Origin: an uncultured Candidatus Marinamargulisbacteria bacterium
Lineage (GTDB): Bacteria; Margulisbacteria; Riflemargulisbacteria; GWF2-35-9
Direction of reading: 5' to 3'
Assembly (NCBI GenBank): GCA_903897765.1
Contig: CAIUCY010000018.1
Location: 1 to 38,986 of the forward strand
Length of the DNA stretch: 38,986 nucleotides
Part shown: piece by piece, positions 12,013 through 20,339 of the stretch
Numbering within the stretch: position 1 is the first letter of the stretch
Layout: every line of letters begins with the position of its first letter
The notes under the pieces: generated by a model
Told to the model about the DNA's origin: nothing
Seen by the model: only the letters and a program-made list of their open reading frames with translations
The model's database searches: none
Made by a program: the position numbers and the translations under genes

Positions 12013-13236
12013 GTGCGATATTTCATTTTTTTATTTCTCTTAACCTTGACGCTAGCCGATAATCCCGTCATAAAAATCGTTTCACCGATCGATGATGACC
12101 CGATTGTTGCTTATAAAGAGTTAACGATCTTGGGTGAAATTCGTAACGCGAATAAATTGACGGTAAATGGGTACAAAGTTCAAATTGAAAAAGGGTTGTT
12201 TCGACTAAAGTTTAAGTTTTCAGATACGGGGCCGCGAGAGTTTGTTTTCCTTGCTGAGAATGATTCTGGACGAATAGAAAAGAAAATTAAAGTGATCAGC
12301 CTGGAAACGTACCCTGATATAAAACGCTCTGATTATCAGCGTGAGATCGAAATGGCCTGTACCTTAAAGTACATGTTTGGATATCTTGGGTCTGATTTTT
12401 TCCGCCCCAGAACGTTTGTTCGTAAAGGGGACATGGCAAGGCTATTACTAGCGCTGAAAGGTATCTCCCCAACAATAGGTCCCAATCATCAATATGAGTT
12501 TAGAGATGTACCGGCTTCACATTGGGCAACCCCGTATATTCAACTTGCTCTCGATAATAACCTTATTAGCCCGATGAGTCCCGTTGATTTTGGGCCGAAT
12601 CGAATCATGACAAGGCAAGAAGTGCTGTCGCTACTTCGACGTTTTTATAAATTTCAACGAGAAGAAAGTCGGTCGTTTTATAAGGATCTAAAAGGCGAAA
12701 ATAGCGAAGTGCGATGGATATCTGCACTTGCGGCGCAAGGGATGCTTCCTTTGGCATGGGTTCAGACAGACACCTTTTATCCAAATCGACCGGTGATGCG
12801 AGAAGAACTCGCGGCTTTGCTTTGTCGGATGGATACGGTTGCTGTCCAGATTAAAGACCAGTATGGGATTGAGTTTCGATGCTACAAAAAGAACATGGCC
12901 AAAGTAGGTGTGTTTAATCAACTCGACATCAGTTTTAGAACAATCAGTCATGATGTTTATGCGATCGAATGTTCCCCGGATAGAGATAAAAACCCCATGT
13001 TTGTTGAGTTCTCGATGATGGATGGGCGCGAAAAAAGCGTGGTTCTATTGATGGATGATGGACAAGGTGTCGATCAAATAGAAGGCGATCGAGTATATTC
13101 GGGGGTGATCAACTTGTCTCGATTCCACTCATATACTTATCAATATACATATAAGCTCTTTGACGACTATAATCTCATTTATAAGGTAGGCGAGGGGAAA
13201 ATACGTAACGATAGAGGGTTGCTTGTTTCAAGTTAA
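12013..13236 (+). CDS. Secreted SLH-domain envelope protein
   Basis: Signal-peptide-like N-terminus (GTG start). Central S-layer-homology repeats, e.g. FRDVPASHWATPYIQLALDNNLISP...FGPNRIMTRQEVLSLL and FYPNRPVMREELAALLCRM. Confidence 0.75.
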   Translation: MRYFIFLFLLTLTLADNPVIKIVSPIDDDPIVAYKELTILGEIRNANKLTVNGYKVQIEKGLFRLKFKFSDTGPREFVFLAENDSGRIEKKIKVISLETYPDIKRSDYQREIEMACTLKYMFGYLGSDFFRPRTFVRKGDMARLLLALKGISPTIGPNHQYEFRDVPASHWATPYIQLALDNNLISPMSPVDFGPNRIMTRQEVLSLLRRFYKFQREESRSFYKDLKGENSEVRWISALAAQGMLPLAWVQTDTFYPNRPVMREELAALLCRMDTVAVQIKDQYGIEFRCYKKNMAKVGVFNQLDISFRTISHDVYAIECSPDRDKNPMFVEFSMMDGREKSVVLLMDDGQGVDQIEGDRVYSGVINLSRFHSYTYQYTYKLFDDYNLIYKVGEGKIRNDRGLLVSS

Positions 13237-13263
13237 GGAAAAGATGAAGGAAGATCGTTCCCT

Positions 13264-14421
13264 ATGAGTAATACTATTTGTGGATATATTTGGTTGCGAT
13301 CAATTGAATGGATAGGTTGGTCAGACGCTACCCTTGAGGCAAGATATCAAGCGCCGTTTTCTCCACATGATCCACATGGTTGCCATGAAGCTCTGATGGG
13401 TATCGTTCAACACATCGACCCCGATCACAACATTTTCGACTGGATCGTTATTCAAGGTGATCAAGATCGTCAAGAACGATATGACCAATGGAGCCAAGAC
13501 CCAACGGATGATTTTTTGGCAAACTTAAATCTGCGCATTGATAATGATCATGGGTTTACTCACTATTATAAATTGATCACGGAGCGGCCTCAAAAGAAAG
13601 TAGATTATGTTGTGGGTGCATTTCGTGTGGCAAATAATATCGAGCGAATGATTGAACTGTCCCTCCCTCGCTCGAGTCGAATTCGATGGGTTCCCTTGGG
13701 GTATTTGGCTACAAAGGCAAAGGGGATCGAACAGAACCCCCTCATTATTTTAATATCTTCAAACCAAACTGTGGCTCTTTGCATGGAAGGGGGCGAGGTT
13801 CGAGATATCCGCGTCTTCCAGTTTTGTGTAGATCGATGTTTAGATCAATTGCGCCTTGATCATTTTTCTGATAATCAGGCACGTCAATTATTGGAAATAG
13901 ATTTTTCTTTTATGACTTATTCTCAACAGGAGCGGCTTTTATCTTTAAAAATTGAGGTGGATCAGTTTATTGAGGACCTTAAACGGCTTTTCTTGACGCG
14001 GATCAACACATCCAAACAACCTGTTTGGATCGCTGCTGATGCGTTTAGCCATCATGATGTTGTTCCGGCCATTCAAGCCTTGACGGCGAATGCCGTCTCC
14101 ATCCTTTCTGAGAAGGAGTGGGTACGGGGTGGCGGAAAAAATTGGGGGCAAAATCAAGAACGCTTTCTTCATATACCTCAAAGAAAACAAGCTATGATGG
14201 TGGAGCCACCCGCATCTCGAATAGGTAAGCCGCTGATGTGGGGGATCGTTGTGATCCTGCTTGTTTTGATCTTTATAGGGCGTGTCAAACTAAAGCATCG
14301 ACTGATGGAGCAAATCAATCAATTGACGCAGACCCGAGAGGATCTGTCTTCAATAAGAGCGCAGTATTTGCTGAAGCTACGTAGCCCTTCGGTTAAAGAA
14401 ATGAAAGGAACTAACCCATGA
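13264..14421 (+). CDS. Hypothetical protein with one C-terminal TM helix and a coiled-coil tail
   Basis: 385-aa ORF. Hydrophobic segment LMWGIVVILLVLIFIG near residue 330, then a charged helix. No catalytic motifs recognised. Confidence 0.45.
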   Translation: MSNTICGYIWLRSIEWIGWSDATLEARYQAPFSPHDPHGCHEALMGIVQHIDPDHNIFDWIVIQGDQDRQERYDQWSQDPTDDFLANLNLRIDNDHGFTHYYKLITERPQKKVDYVVGAFRVANNIERMIELSLPRSSRIRWVPLGYLATKAKGIEQNPLIILISSNQTVALCMEGGEVRDIRVFQFCVDRCLDQLRLDHFSDNQARQLLEIDFSFMTYSQQERLLSLKIEVDQFIEDLKRLFLTRINTSKQPVWIAADAFSHHDVVPAIQALTANAVSILSEKEWVRGGGKNWGQNQERFLHIPQRKQAMMVEPPASRIGKPLMWGIVVILLVLIFIGRVKLKHRLMEQINQLTQTREDLSSIRAQYLLKLRSPSVKEMKGTNP

Positions 14422-14606
14422 AATGGATGCCTGAAGGGAAATCCTATCTGCTAGGGGTTCTTATTGGCCTATGGGTTTTTCTTGTCGCGGAGTATGCCTT
14501 ATATCCCTTATGGTTAAAAGTAAAGGTTAATGACGGACTCATTCGGCGTTATCAAGCGCAAAATGCAGAGTATCAAACAAAAATTAAGCTGCTTACCACA
14601 CCTTGA
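14418..14606 (+). CDS. Small membrane protein, translationally coupled to the upstream ORF
   Basis: 62 aa, 4-nt overlap (ATGA) with the preceding gene. One TM helix, YLLGVLIGLWVFLVAEYALY. Confidence 0.4.
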   Translation: MKWMPEGKSYLLGVLIGLWVFLVAEYALYPLWLKVKVNDGLIRRYQAQNAEYQTKIKLLTTP

Positions 14607-14654
14607 GATATTTGTTACAATAAGATTAAACCCTCTAGCATAAAGGAGTGCATC

Positions 14655-15890
14655 GTGTTGGACATCAACCAGATCATGGAAATCCTTCCGCATCGTTATC
14701 CATTCTTACTTGTGGATCGTGTTCTTGAATTTGAATATGGTAAGCGGGTCGTTGGCATAAAAAATGTCACCATGAACGAGCCCTTTTTCCAGGGTCATTT
14801 TCCAGGGCAACCGGTTATGCCGGGGGTCTTGATGATAGAAGCCATGGCTCAATTGTCGGGGATCATCTTATTATCTTTTCCTCAAACCAAAGGAAAAATG
14901 TCCTATTTTGCTTCGATCGAAAATGTTCGATTTCGCAAGCCTGTTGTTCCTGGAGACCAAATCCGGATGGAAGTGGATCTCTACAAAATGAAGGGGCCTG
15001 TCGGAAAGACGCGAGGGAAGTGTTATGTGGATGGAAAGGTCGTTGTTGAAGCGGAAATGACCTTCTCCATGGCAGATGCAGCGGTTACATCGAAGATCGA
15101 TTCGACAGCAACCATTCATCCTAGCGCAGAAATTGGCAAAGATGTCGTCATTGGACCTCATGCCTACATTGGTGAGGGGGTTAAACTTGGGAACGGGGTC
15201 ACGATCGAGGCGAATGTCGTGATCGAGAAGTGGACAACGATCGGGGATGAAACCCATGTTCATTACGGCGCCATTATTGGCAACGCAACACAGGATAAAA
15301 AGTTCAGGGGCGAGAAAAGTTATGTCCGTATCGGAAAGCGAAATGTCATTCGTGAATACGTCACGATCAATCGAGCCACTGCCAAAGAAGGCGAGACGAT
15401 CATTGGTGATGACAACTTGCTATTAACGATGGTCCATATTGGTCATGATTGTGTGCTGGGGAATAATATTATTATGTCAAACGCTGTTCAGGTCGCTGGT
15501 CACGTGATCGTTGAAGATAATGTCGTGGTTGGCGGTATGGCGGGCTTTACTCAATTCAGTCGAATTGGAAAAATGGCTATGGTGGGAGGCTATTCGAAAG
15601 TCAATCAAGATGTGCCCCCTTTTACGCTAGTCGAAGGAAGCCCAGCGACCATACGAACATTGAATACCGTTGGCATGGAACGCAACGGGGTGACTAACCC
15701 AAATGCCATGAAAAAAGCCTATCGTATATTTTTTAGATCTAAGATCAATCTTTCCCAAGCCCTAGAAAAGGTCGCCTCGGAGATAGCGCAAACCCCCGAA
15801 GTGATCTACTTAACGAATTTTCTAAAGGCTGAAAGTCACAATGGGGTTATGCGAGGAAAGGCAGACTCACCTATTGAGGAAGAGGAATGA
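14655..15890 (+). CDS. fabZ-lpxA: Fused 3-hydroxyacyl-ACP dehydratase FabZ / UDP-GlcNAc O-acyltransferase LpxA
   Basis: Residues 1-140 carry FabZ motifs (LPHRYPFLLVDRV, FFQGHFPGQPVMPGVL). Residues from about 155 carry LpxA hexapeptide repeats and IGHDCVLGN, VNQDVPPF. The frame is continuous. AAGGAG Shine-Dalgarno before the GTG at 14655. Confidence 0.85.
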   Translation: MLDINQIMEILPHRYPFLLVDRVLEFEYGKRVVGIKNVTMNEPFFQGHFPGQPVMPGVLMIEAMAQLSGIILLSFPQTKGKMSYFASIENVRFRKPVVPGDQIRMEVDLYKMKGPVGKTRGKCYVDGKVVVEAEMTFSMADAAVTSKIDSTATIHPSAEIGKDVVIGPHAYIGEGVKLGNGVTIEANVVIEKWTTIGDETHVHYGAIIGNATQDKKFRGEKSYVRIGKRNVIREYVTINRATAKEGETIIGDDNLLLTMVHIGHDCVLGNNIIMSNAVQVAGHVIVEDNVVVGGMAGFTQFSRIGKMAMVGGYSKVNQDVPPFTLVEGSPATIRTLNTVGMERNGVTNPNAMKKAYRIFFRSKINLSQALEKVASEIAQTPEVIYLTNFLKAESHNGVMRGKADSPIEEEE

Positions 15891-17026
15891 ACTCTCTCAA
15901 AAGCGTCTTGATCATCACGGGTGAAGTCTCAGGTGATGTTCACGGTGGTTATTTACTCAAAGCACTGAAAAAGGAAAATCAAAAATTAAACATGTTTGCG
16001 GTGGGTAGCACCCATCTTCAGGAGGCGGGGGCAACGCTTCTTGCTGATCTTACTCGACGCTCAACCATTGGGTTTATCGAAACGCTGAAACATATTCCCG
16101 CCCTTCTGTTTCTGAAGAACAAACTCTCTAGACTTCTCTCATCGGGTGCTGTTGATACGCTGATCTGTATCGACTATCAGGGGTTTAATATGATCATGGC
16201 CGATATCGCGAAGAAAAAAGGGATCCGCGTTGTTTATTATATTCCACCCCAAGAATGGGTGTGGGGGTCGAGTAAGGGCATGCAAAAAGTGGTCAATTTG
16301 ACCGATCAGATCATAACGATATTTCGACAAGAATATGAGCATTATCTTCCTTATACAGATAAAGTAGAGTTTTATGGCCATCCCTTGGTGGGTATGATCG
16401 AAGACTTTCTTCAAAGTCAGGTAATACTGCCAACCCTTATTCCAAAGCGAATCAGTGTTTTTCCTGGCTCGCGAGAACAAGAGATCCGCTATGTCTTTCC
16501 TGTAATGGTTGAGACCATGCAACGTCTTCACAAGATGGATCCCACGATTACGTTTGAAATAAACTTGCCCAATACCCACTATATAAAACAAATCGAACAA
16601 CGATTAACCCGACTTCCGTTTCAAGTGCCCATACAAATCGGCAAGACGTATCAGGTTTTGGCCCAGAGTGAATTTGCGTTGCTGACGTCGGGAACGATTT
16701 GCCTAGAAGCCGCCATTTTGGGCGTTCCTCATGTGTCGCTCTATAAATTTAGCCGACTATCCTATCCAATCATCAAACGCGTTCTTGATAAGAAGTTTAA
16801 GTATGATTGGTTCACCTTGCCCAACATCGTAGCGGGCAAAGAAGTGATCCGTGAGTTTCTGCAAGACTTTACAGCCAAGGAACTTTCCCTTTATATTCAT
16901 GATCTAATGACAAACCCAGACGCTTTAGCGACTATCCGCCAGGACTTAGTTGCGGTGAAACGACAGCTTCAAGTGGATGGGCGAATTGATGTTATTCAAC
17001 AGATTGCCAAGGCAATTCTTAAGTAG
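15887..17026 (+). CDS. lpxB: Lipid-A-disaccharide synthase LpxB
   Basis: ITGEVSGDVHGGYLLKAL N-terminus typical of GT19. 4-nt overlap with fabZ-lpxA. Confidence 0.85.
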   Translation: MNSLKSVLIITGEVSGDVHGGYLLKALKKENQKLNMFAVGSTHLQEAGATLLADLTRRSTIGFIETLKHIPALLFLKNKLSRLLSSGAVDTLICIDYQGFNMIMADIAKKKGIRVVYYIPPQEWVWGSSKGMQKVVNLTDQIITIFRQEYEHYLPYTDKVEFYGHPLVGMIEDFLQSQVILPTLIPKRISVFPGSREQEIRYVFPVMVETMQRLHKMDPTITFEINLPNTHYIKQIEQRLTRLPFQVPIQIGKTYQVLAQSEFALLTSGTICLEAAILGVPHVSLYKFSRLSYPIIKRVLDKKFKYDWFTLPNIVAGKEVIREFLQDFTAKELSLYIHDLMTNPDALATIRQDLVAVKRQLQVDGRIDVIQQIAKAILK

Positions 17027-17038
17027 AAGGGAGTCGTA

Positions 17039-18259
17039 ATGGATAATATTGTGGTGCAAAAATATGGAGGAACCAGTGTCGGCAGCCCCGAGAAGATCAT
17101 GCGGGTAGCGGATCGTATTCTGGCAACGCAGGCGCAAGGCAAGAAACTTGTGGTTATTGTCTCTGCCATGGGGGATTCAACCGACGATCTGATCAAGCTT
17201 GCCAAAGCGATCGACCCAAATCCACAGGGTCGTGAGTATGATGCGTTGATCTCAACGGGTGAAGCCGTCTCAGCGTCATTGATGGCGATAGCGATCAAAG
17301 CTAAGGGCAACGATGCGATTTCATTATCGGGTCGTCAGGCAGGGGTATATACCGAGGACAATCATCTTAAAGCACGTATTCTCGATGTCAAACCCGACCG
17401 TATACGAAAAGAACTTAATTTAGGGAAAGTGGTTATTGTCACGGGGTTTCAGGGTGTCAATAGCTTCGATGATGTCACCACGATCGGTCGAGGGGGGTCA
17501 GATACCTCAGCGGTGGTGATCGCAGCTGCACTTAAAGCGGAGCGATGCGAGATCTATACCGATGTGGATGGGGTTTATACAGCCAATCCAAATTTGATCA
17601 AAGATGCGCGTAAATTATCGGTTGTTAGCTATGATGAAATGTTGGAGATGGCGAGTCTCGGGGCGCAAGTATTACATCCGCGTTCTGTTGAAGGGGCGAA
17701 AGCCTATGGCATAGAACTCCACGTCAAAAGCAGCTACAATTTTAATGAAGGAACGATAGTAAAGGAGGTTTCGACCATGGAAATTAAAAACCCAGTAACA
17801 GGGGTCGCGTATGATGAAAATACCGCAAAGATCTCGATTCAAGGACTCCCTGACCAACCCGGAACGGCCGGTGATCTGTTTAAAAGACTAGCCGACAGCA
17901 AGGTCAATGTTGATATGATCGTTCAGAGCAATCAGGTCAATCATAAGAACAGCATCGCCTTTACGGTCAATGATGATGACTTTTCTAAAGCCATTGAGAT
18001 CACCGAGTCGTATGCCAAAGAGATCAAGGCAGAGCGGGTCATTTTTGATAAAGATATAGCAAAAGTATCGATTATTGGGGTCGGTATGGTGTCGAGCCCA
18101 GGGGTGGCGGCAGATATGTTCTCGATGCTCGGAAAAGCGGGGATCAATATCGACCTTATTTCAACCTCAGAGATAAAAGTGTCATGTATACTCGCTAAGA
18201 AAGATACGCACAAAGCTGTCAAAATATTGCATGATGGTTTTGAATTGTCGAAGGGATAG
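17039..18259 (+). CDS. lysC: Aspartate kinase
   Basis: VVQKYGGTSVG, GRGGSDT, and two C-terminal ACT-like repeats. Confidence 0.9.
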   Translation: MDNIVVQKYGGTSVGSPEKIMRVADRILATQAQGKKLVVIVSAMGDSTDDLIKLAKAIDPNPQGREYDALISTGEAVSASLMAIAIKAKGNDAISLSGRQAGVYTEDNHLKARILDVKPDRIRKELNLGKVVIVTGFQGVNSFDDVTTIGRGGSDTSAVVIAAALKAERCEIYTDVDGVYTANPNLIKDARKLSVVSYDEMLEMASLGAQVLHPRSVEGAKAYGIELHVKSSYNFNEGTIVKEVSTMEIKNPVTGVAYDENTAKISIQGLPDQPGTAGDLFKRLADSKVNVDMIVQSNQVNHKNSIAFTVNDDDFSKAIEITESYAKEIKAERVIFDKDIAKVSIIGVGMVSSPGVAADMFSMLGKAGINIDLISTSEIKVSCILAKKDTHKAVKILHDGFELSKG

Positions 18260-18267
18260 GCCAAACC

Positions 18268-18834
18268 ATGTTGCTCATTTTGGGAATGCTCCTTGCCTAT
18301 GGGATCGCGTGTTTGCCTGGGTGGATGTATGCCCTTGAGAAGATCGAGGGGGGAAAGCCCTTAACTCGTTTTGCGCTGCCAGATGGAACGCGTATCCAGC
18401 AATATCTTGATTTCCCGCAGATCTGGTATGCCACTATTTTTGAAGCGATCAAAGTCGTGGTTTTCTTGGCCCTCTTTACGTCTCAAAATCCGTGGTTGTT
18501 TTTGGCCTTTTTATTAGGGGTTCTTGTACCCTATTGGCGTCCGATGCCGTTTCGAGAACTATCACTTTTTGTGTTTTTTTATTTATTGGCTACTCAGTTT
18601 TCCATTGGCATGCTCTTTGGGTTGGCGTATGTTGTGGCTACAGTGACCCGTCAACCATTCCAACCCTTTCTTGGGGTGGGGTTTTGTCTGATCGCAGGGC
18701 TGGTTCAATGGGTCTCAGGGGCTGATCTGCTTGCGGTGGGGTTAACCCTCATGATCCTTATTTTAGAACTGGCTCGGATAGGTGTCCCTTTGTTTTGGGT
18801 TAAAAGAAAGAAAACTCCCCTAACCCCTCTTTAG
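18268..18834 (+). CDS. Polytopic membrane protein of unknown function
   Basis: 188 aa with about 5 hydrophobic helices. No diagnostic motif. Confidence 0.45.
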   Translation: MLLILGMLLAYGIACLPGWMYALEKIEGGKPLTRFALPDGTRIQQYLDFPQIWYATIFEAIKVVVFLALFTSQNPWLFLAFLLGVLVPYWRPMPFRELSLFVFFYLLATQFSIGMLFGLAYVVATVTRQPFQPFLGVGFCLIAGLVQWVSGADLLAVGLTLMILILELARIGVPLFWVKRKKTPLTPL

Positions 18835-18845
18835 AAATAGAGGGG
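18824..18845 (+). terminator. Hairpin overlapping the stop codon of the upstream membrane-protein gene
   Basis: CCCCTCT (18824-18830) pairs with AGAGGGG (18839-18845). A second short GGGCA/TGCCC stem followed by TTTT lies just downstream. Confidence 0.4.
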
Positions 18846-18901
18846 CATTTGCTGCCCTTTTCGGTAAACACCTTTTAGGATACAATTAGTCAGCTTAATG
18901 T

Positions 18902-18978
18902 CGGGATGTAGCGCAGTCCGGTAGCGCACTTGTCTGGGGGGCAAGTGGCCGTGGGTTCAAATCCCGCCATCCCGACCA
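18902..18978 (+). tRNA. tRNA-Pro (anticodon GGG)
   Basis: Folded by hand into a 77-nt cloverleaf. Acceptor CGGGATG/CATCCCG, D arm GCGC/GCGC, anticodon stem CTTGT/GCAAG with loop CTGGGGG, T arm GTGGG-TTCAAAT-CCCGC, encoded CCA. Confidence 0.9.
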
Positions 18979-19019
18979 TTAAATAATGATCTCCCACGAA
19001 TCCTTGAAAAAATTTTGGT

Positions 19020-19688
19020 CTATTTTGGATTATCAAAAAGCGGACCAAAGAGCATCATTTTTGGTTTGATGAGTTTAATAAGAAGATTTTCTAAATGAAT
19101 CATAAATGTGCCAACTTTATGACTTTTCATTTCACTAACATGCTCAACGATTCCATTAATATTTGAGAAGAAATAATACTTATAATTTGACTGTTCATAT
19201 GAGTGAGATGAGCTTATATTTTTTGGCATATCTCGAAGGAAGAAGGAAAGGATATCTTTTTCTTGATCAGTGAGATTAGATTGAGGATTGTTTTTATTAA
19301 AGACTTCCAATATTTTTTTCTCTGGCCGAAGCTCATGGTTAGTAACTAGATCGTCACTGCTGCTCTCGTTTTTCAACCAAGAAGACCAGATTCTAACCTC
19401 TGTGGTTTCGATCCCTTCTCTTACAATTGGGTTATTTGTGGATTTATATAGTTCTCTAATATGGGTCTCGATGAAATTTCTTAGAATTTGTGGAAAATTA
19501 TTTCGAACACCACTAATAACGATACTTAAACTATTTATTCCATTCACGGTCTGCAAACGTAATTGACCGGCACATATAACCGTAGGGTATTTGTGCCCAT
19601 CGCTTATTATTTTATTCTTCATCAAATCCCCCAGAGTGGCAGTAGCATCTATATATAATTTATCGAGAGGATTTTCGGGATATTTCAA
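19020..19688 (-). CDS. Orphan hypothetical protein in a visibly AT-rich segment next to tRNA-Pro
   Basis: 222-aa ORF (TTG start per the track). Asn/Lys/Ile/Ser-rich composition unlike its neighbours. No recognised domain. Confidence 0.45.
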   Translation of the reverse strand: MKYPENPLDKLYIDATATLGDLMKNKIISDGHKYPTVICAGQLRLQTVNGINSLSIVISGVRNNFPQILRNFIETHIRELYKSTNNPIVREGIETTEVRIWSSWLKNESSSDDLVTNHELRPEKKILEVFNKNNPQSNLTDQEKDILSFFLRDMPKNISSSHSYEQSNYKYYFFSNINGIVEHVSEMKSHKVGTFMIHLENLLIKLIKPKMMLFGPLFDNPK

Positions 19689-19741
19689 TATTCAACAAAT
19701 AACAGAAACTTTAAATAAGAGAGATAAGTTGGGGCAGAGAA

Positions 19742-20044
19742 TTACTCCTCAGATCGACGTGTACTACAACAGCCCCCAACGATACGGATCTCTTTGAGAT
19801 TGAGGAGGGCGTCAGCTATTTTGGAATGAGCAGAGGATAAGATCCGCGATACGGTCGTTCGATGAACCCCCATCTGGGTCGCTACGGTGTCTTGTAGCTG
19901 GCCTTGTTGGTCACAAAGGCGAATCGCTTCAAATTCGTCGAGGGTCAGCGAAACGCCATCAAGGCGGCTCGAGCCTTTACACACCGGACGGAAAAGGCGT
20001 TCTTCATGGCTGCAACAGACAAAACGTTGTTTCTTAGGACGCAT
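19742..20044 (-). CDS. DUF134 (UPF0251) family putative DNA-binding protein with extra Cys pairs
   Basis: From the internal ATG: MRPKKQRFVCC...F.P, LTLDEFEAIRLCD, and an HTH-like MGVHRTTVSRIL, matching the DUF134 pattern. Start is 1 nt after the hgcB stop. The longer track ORF (to 20131) would overlap hgcB. Confidence 0.7.
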   Translation of the reverse strand: MRPKKQRFVCCSHEERLFRPVCKGSSRLDGVSLTLDEFEAIRLCDQQGQLQDTVATQMGVHRTTVSRILSSAHSKIADALLNLKEIRIVGGCCSTRRSEE

Positions 20045-20045
20045 G

Positions 20046-20336
20046 TTAGCAGCATCCGCCGCCTGAACAACCACACGTGGGCTCTGTTCCTTTGACCACG
20101 CCAAGTATAATGCCTGCAGCACAACCCACACCCTTTTTTACGTAAATTGCCTCTGCCACACAGTTGGTTTGGCAGGCACCACATTCCATGCAACGATCTA
20201 GGTCGAGTACGGTGGCTTTCTTTTCTTGGAGGGCAAACACATTATGAGGGCAAACCACAACACACATGCCGCAGCCGATACATTTATCGACATTCAGGGT
20301 TAGTGTTGAAACGTTTTTTAGATAAGTAGTTTGCAT
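20046..20336 (-). CDS. hgcB: Mercury methylation ferredoxin HgcB
   Basis: Two CX2CX2CX3C motifs (CIGCGMCVVVCP, CMECGACQTNC), a GVGCAA segment and a C-terminal GGGCC. Starts 3 nt downstream of the hgcA stop. Confidence 0.85.
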   Translation of the reverse strand: MQTTYLKNVSTLTLNVDKCIGCGMCVVVCPHNVFALQEKKATVLDLDRCMECGACQTNCVAEAIYVKKGVGCAAGIILGVVKGTEPTCGCSGGGCC

Positions 20337-20339
20337 AAT

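Noticed and set aside
13264-14421. PilM-PilN fusion call for the 385-aa protein
   Set aside because: Only the topology is reminiscent. Actin-like ATPase phosphate-binding motifs could not be identified, and no other pilus genes are nearby.
17027-17038. Lysine riboswitch upstream of aspartate kinase
   Set aside because: Only 12 nt separate lpxB and lysC, which leaves no room for an L-box.
18268-18834. Membrane protein as a possible PlsY (glycerol-3-phosphate acyltransferase)
   Set aside because: Size and N-terminal helix are similar, but the conserved PlsY motifs (the GSGN-type loop and others) are not present. Left as unknown.
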